Shown: positions 60,246 through 64,000 of the stretch, piece by piece | How the letters are laid out: each line of letters starts with the position of its first letter | How positions within the stretch are numbered: position 1 is the stretch's first letter | The notes under the pieces: model-generated | What the model saw: only the letters and a program-made list of their open reading frames with translations | Databases searched by the model: none | What the model was told of the DNA's origin: nothing | Source: an uncultured archaeon | GTDB lineage: Archaea; Thermoplasmatota; Thermoplasmata; Thermoplasmatales; Thermoplasmataceae | Direction: 5' to 3' | DNA length: 64,000 nt | Assembly (NCBI GenBank): GCA_000965745.1 | Contig: CP009479.1 | Span: forward strand, 256,001 to 320,000 | Program-made: the position numbers and the translations under genes

Positions 60246-61092
60246 CGTGGCTAATCACCCCATTTAGAAATTTCTTTCTCAACGCTGATGAAACGTTATC
60301 CACTTCGTTCAAAATTATCATCCTAAATTTGAAGTTGATTTGACTCTGTATTTTTTCAATTTCTTTAATGTTCTTTGACTTTTTTTCCACATTATTCTCC
60401 TCTAGCTTAGATTTCTCATCCTTGTATTCGATTGCAGAGTCCAATTCATCTAACTCTTTTTCGAGGTCCACCCCATATAGCTTTCTTCTATTGTCAAAGT
60501 CCTTGTTTAAAATTTTTTTAATGTATTGAAGATGGTTTCTTGAATACTTGTACAACTCAATAGCTTGGTTAAGTAATACTATGTTAGACAATGTTAGCAA
60601 AGTATTTTCCTTTGCCTGAGCATATGCCTTGGAAAGAGATTGATCCACAAAGTATTTGTCCAAACCGGAAAATCCAACTAACGTTGAATTTATCAATAAT
60701 TTCTTGTCTGTTGAATGTGTGATTGACGAGTCATTAAATCTTAGACCCGCTAAAGATGCAGACGGCCCGCTACTTTCCTTCTCAAGTGTCGTGCTTCCCG
60801 CCAATTCTTGAAGTTCTATGGCAGTTTCGCTCACTTTTTTTATTTTCTTTATGTTCTCCATCAGGTCAACTTTCTTCTCTTCTATCGCTTGCCTTTTTCC
60901 GCCCAACCTTTTAGTTCTGTACTTCTTAAGAGCAATACTTGAATCTCTCGGGCTATCAACTTTCTCAATGACCTCAAGTTGAAACTTTGTAGAATTCAAT
61001 AGCGTCGATAACCTCTCATATAACTCTTTTTGATCATATTGAGGGTATAGGCTGTACAAACGATCAATCAACTGACTGATGTCCATGTTCAT
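60184..61092 (-). CDS. Coiled-coil protein; possibly the N-terminal half of the SIR2 gene
   Basis: K/E-rich heptads; overlaps the SIR2 ORF by 62 nt. Confidence 0.7.
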   Translation of the reverse strand: MNMDISQLIDRLYSLYPQYDQKELYERLSTLLNSTKFQLEVIEKVDSPRDSSIALKKYRTKRLGGKRQAIEEKKVDLMENIKKIKKVSETAIELQELAGSTTLEKESSGPSASLAGLRFNDSSITHSTDKKLLINSTLVGFSGLDKYFVDQSLSKAYAQAKENTLLTLSNIVLLNQAIELYKYSRNHLQYIKKILNKDFDNRRKLYGVDLEKELDELDSAIEYKDEKSKLEENNVEKKSKNIKEIEKIQSQINFKFRMIILNEVDNVSSALRKKFLNGVISHDEYSKRLLGVHGDFNEFWHK

Positions 61093-61096
61093 TGCA

Positions 61097-62011
61097 TCAC
61101 TTCAATTCTCTTTTTAAGGTCTGTGACATTAATTCTGATAATTTGTTTCTGAACTCTGGGGGTAGTTCAATTACTCCTTCCTTTGATTTGGAATCTTGGT
61201 TGATTTCCATGAACACAATGAAGGCTTCCCTCCATTTTCTGAGATATTCCCACACAGTCTTAGTCGTTCGTCCTTCATCTTCAATTATATCTTTCAAATT
61301 GTTTATGGTCTCAAAGTAGGCTGATTTTACTTTTTCTTGATAAAGCTTCGTATCCATTTTCAAAAAGCTTTTTGTATAATCAAATAACCAATCCATAGAC
61401 ATCAAAAGAGCGAGAAATAAGATGTCTCCCTTTACATACCCGGTTAGATTTCCAATTCGTTGTGCTTCGTTAATGACTCCTTTAAAGAGATTGTTTGAGG
61501 GAAAGAGGAGATATTCCTTAGAAGAAATCAAGAAATCAATCAACCACTTAAAGGACGCTTCTGTATGTAATATGTCAATTTCTCTTTCATAGTATGCTTC
61601 ATCTTCTCTAACATCATGTTCGAACTTCCTAAATGCATTCCTAAAGTTCAAGAAGAGGTTCCATAAATTTTCAGTCGCATTCTTTCCTCTTAAATCTAAT
61701 GAGCCTAAGTGAGTGAGTAGTTCTGTCCCAGGGAGCCTTGCTTGGCTTAGATATTCTGTCTCAAGCTTAGTTGGGTCTTGATTCGAAAATGCTGTATAAT
61801 TTATTGCGGCAATTCTAATTATAAAGCCAGCTATACCGGAATTTATGTCATTTGAAATCATAGCGTCCGAGAGAACTCTATTGGAGTATATTGTCATAAA
61901 AAAGTAATCGGACTTATCGAAAGCAGCTTGAGCAGCTTCAATATGATCTCTTATCACCCCATGATCTTTTGTGCTAGACACTCCTAAAACCACCAAGTTA
62001 TCGACAAACAA
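61097..62011 (-). CDS. All-alpha hypothetical protein, first gene of the SIR2 operon
   Basis: 304-aa ORF ending 4 nt before the next start. Confidence 0.72.
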   Translation of the reverse strand: MFVDNLVVLGVSSTKDHGVIRDHIEAAQAAFDKSDYFFMTIYSNRVLSDAMISNDINSGIAGFIIRIAAINYTAFSNQDPTKLETEYLSQARLPGTELLTHLGSLDLRGKNATENLWNLFLNFRNAFRKFEHDVREDEAYYEREIDILHTEASFKWLIDFLISSKEYLLFPSNNLFKGVINEAQRIGNLTGYVKGDILFLALLMSMDWLFDYTKSFLKMDTKLYQEKVKSAYFETINNLKDIIEDEGRTTKTVWEYLRKWREAFIVFMEINQDSKSKEGVIELPPEFRNKLSELMSQTLKRELK

Positions 62012-62255
62012 TAAAGTGAGTCTATGTTTGCCATCTTGTCACAATATAAACTGCAATATTAAAATTTAGCAGACGGCATACACTCTAGTGCATGAATGTG
62101 CTATGGCATTTTCAAAATCTTTGAATGGCCCATAAACTATGAGACAATAACCCCGTTTAGGACCATGACTAAATTTGGCTCAAGTCAAGGATTTCCAACC
62201 TTAGCAAGCATTTTGATAAACAGTAATTTTTTTGGACTAAGAGTATAGCTAGATA

Positions 62256-63440
62256 TTATTTTGTTTCTGCATGATGTAATTCGAAGAATTTTCTTTTCAA
62301 TAACCTGTCATCTGTGCCATGAGTCAAATAATTCTCAAGCATACCTAATTGAAAGATACTATTTGTGAAGTCAATAGCTCTCAAAATCGAATCAAGAATG
62401 TCACTGATTGCAAGAATGCTACTTCCAACAATCTTAAACTCTGTCGATTTCGTTTTGGACCCCTTGGCAAATTCATTTATGCCTTCAAGGTGAATCCTTT
62501 CCTTTTTGGTTCTGAGTATCTTCACGAAATGACATAGAATAGGGTCAAATTCCCCATTTATTTCCCTTTCATCTGGTCTTTCAATCGTTATCCAATCAAA
62601 GAAGGCTTTAGTACTATCTGGAAATGTCAATATTGCTCTTGAAATGACTGACCCACGCTGGTCTTCATTTATTAATCTAATAATGCTTGCAATTACATCT
62701 TCAGGTGGATATTTTTCGAACCCCAATAATAAAGCTGTTCCAAGGGCTTGATCCGAGCTAAGTTTCCATGATTCTTTTAATTCCAGAGCCCTTCTCTTTC
62801 TCTCTTCTGTGGATTTTTCCAAATTTTTGACGCTTCCTCTGAATTTAGGCATTTTTTCACGGAAAAAATTAGCTTCATTAAGATTAGAACTTCTTTTGAT
62901 TAAGTCCTCTAGGTGATTAACCACAAGGTCTGGAAAGATTAGGGTATCCTCGTAGGGAGTGTTTGAATTCATGTCTTCTGTTAGAACCCGGTGAATATCA
63001 ACGTCGGGAATGAGTTCTTCACTCATGATATACTTAGCGGCATCGGCGAATCTTAGTGAATAAAGGACAGCAAACTGCCTAAACCAAGGAGAAACCATAA
63101 AATCATGTAAAATATCATTTCCCAATGCACACATATACTGAAAAGTCAAGGGCACACGGACACTTCCCTTAAAGGATAGACTGTAGTGGATTTTCTTCTT
63201 ACTTTGAGATCTTGTTCTATTATACTCATCTTTTTGGTTACCATCGGAGTGTACTATTCCTTGAGAAATTAGAACAGATAAGTGATTTCTAATTGTCCTT
63301 TGTTGAGATATACCTATTTCCTTCGATAGAATTGTTGTTATTTCCTTTAGACTCTTATAGCCAGTTGCCAGAGCATTTATGATATACCCCCTAGTCTCAT
63401 TCGGGAGGCCCCTTTGACCAACCTTTCGCTTTGTAACCAC
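62256..63440 (-). CDS. Protein with N-terminal winged HTH
   Basis: IINALATGYKSLKEITTILSKEIGISQQRTIRNHLSVLISQGIV. Confidence 0.7.
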   Translation of the reverse strand: MVTKRKVGQRGLPNETRGYIINALATGYKSLKEITTILSKEIGISQQRTIRNHLSVLISQGIVHSDGNQKDEYNRTRSQSKKKIHYSLSFKGSVRVPLTFQYMCALGNDILHDFMVSPWFRQFAVLYSLRFADAAKYIMSEELIPDVDIHRVLTEDMNSNTPYEDTLIFPDLVVNHLEDLIKRSSNLNEANFFREKMPKFRGSVKNLEKSTEERKRRALELKESWKLSSDQALGTALLLGFEKYPPEDVIASIIRLINEDQRGSVISRAILTFPDSTKAFFDWITIERPDEREINGEFDPILCHFVKILRTKKERIHLEGINEFAKGSKTKSTEFKIVGSSILAISDILDSILRAIDFTNSIFQLGMLENYLTHGTDDRLLKRKFFELHHAETK

Positions 63441-63653
63441 TGGTGATTAGTCAGATTGAGTATTTTAGCTTTTGTAAATTTAACATATGATTCTTTTTCT
63501 CCTAATTTACATAAGTCTCTTTCATATCCCGTTATACCTTACAGAATTGTTAAAACATGCATAGGATTCATCTATAAGTGATCCCCGCCCATTCAAAAAA
63601 ATTGCCATATCTGTTGTGGATAACATTAGCATTGATTTCGTTTTTCTTATTTT

Positions 63654-64000
63654 GACATTGTCAACTTCCGGTTGATAAGTACCGGTGATACCAGTAGGAT
63701 GTCCGCAGGAGACCTTCTTCAGTCTTGAACCGGTGCTTAAAAAGCCATGACTGTACTGAGAAATGCTGTTCCGCCTTGTCTGAGGTCTTCTCCACATCAG
63801 GATTCTCAAGATACAGGAACACCTCCTTCCTGTGCTTTTTCACCCATTTGAGGAAGGATGCCATGATACTGTCACCGCCATAGAGGCTGTTGATCCTGTC
63901 AAGCATTATTTCAACGATCTCCCTCTCACTCATGCCCTCAGTGAGCTTCAACACCGCATCCCGGTTCTTTCCCAGCTTCTTCAGGTTTGTTCTATTCTGG
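63654..64000 (-). mobile_element. C-terminal part of a DDE transposase / IS end (family uncertain)
   Basis: GC rises again; FLYLENPDVEKTSDKAEQHFS...RFKT resembles the TNN..E motif; stop at 63661 next to the possible end GACATTGTC. Confidence 0.65.

Larger units (their letters stand above)
56969..64000. mobile_element. AT-rich genomic island (right end outside window)
   Basis: Abrupt GC drop right after the tRNA-Lys CCA; SIR2, PIN-like and orphan genes; transposase at the edge. Confidence 0.75.

Noticed and set aside
1-64000. CRISPR arrays, cas genes, rRNA, reverse transcriptases
   Set aside because: No regularly spaced repeats or diagnostic motifs seen by eye.

Overview
Archaeal chromosome segment, most consistent with a Thermoplasmatales-type acidophile. 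This is an inference from archaeal-style HisS, PDO and AlaX proteins, TATA boxes about 25 nt before many starts (leaderless mRNAs), and GAGGTG/GGAGG ribosome-binding sites inside operons. The GC-richer core carries: hisS (5' part); transporters; tag; an M13 peptidase; a lipA-E1a-E1b-E2-E3-lipB 2-oxoacid dehydrogenase operon divergent from ilvE; a beta-oxidation cluster (FadF-like Fe-S/membrane oxidoreductase, dienoyl-CoA reductase, EtfAB, thiolase, two acyl-CoA dehydrogenases); a DtxR-regulated metal transporter; and an ilvB-ilvN-ilvC operon. Two AT-rich islands interrupt it. (i) About 13.1-17.8 kb lies behind tRNA-Thr(UGU), with two decayed tRNA 3'-half att copies and a PIN-domain gene. (ii) From about 57 kb to the window end lies behind a tRNA-Lys(CUU) 3'-half that an intact IS1634-type element has split; it holds a SIR2-domain operon, a PIN-like/zinc-finger operon and a truncated transposase. 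Best candidates for new biology: a Val/Ile/Leu-rich leader peptide plus hairpin in front of ilvBNC (a bacterial-style attenuator in an archaeon), the SIR2 and PIN-like island operons (possible anti-viral defence), a complementarily degenerated acyl-CoA dehydrogenase pair, and a tryptophan-dioxygenase-like protein with a changed active site. All calls come from reading motifs by eye; no database search was run.
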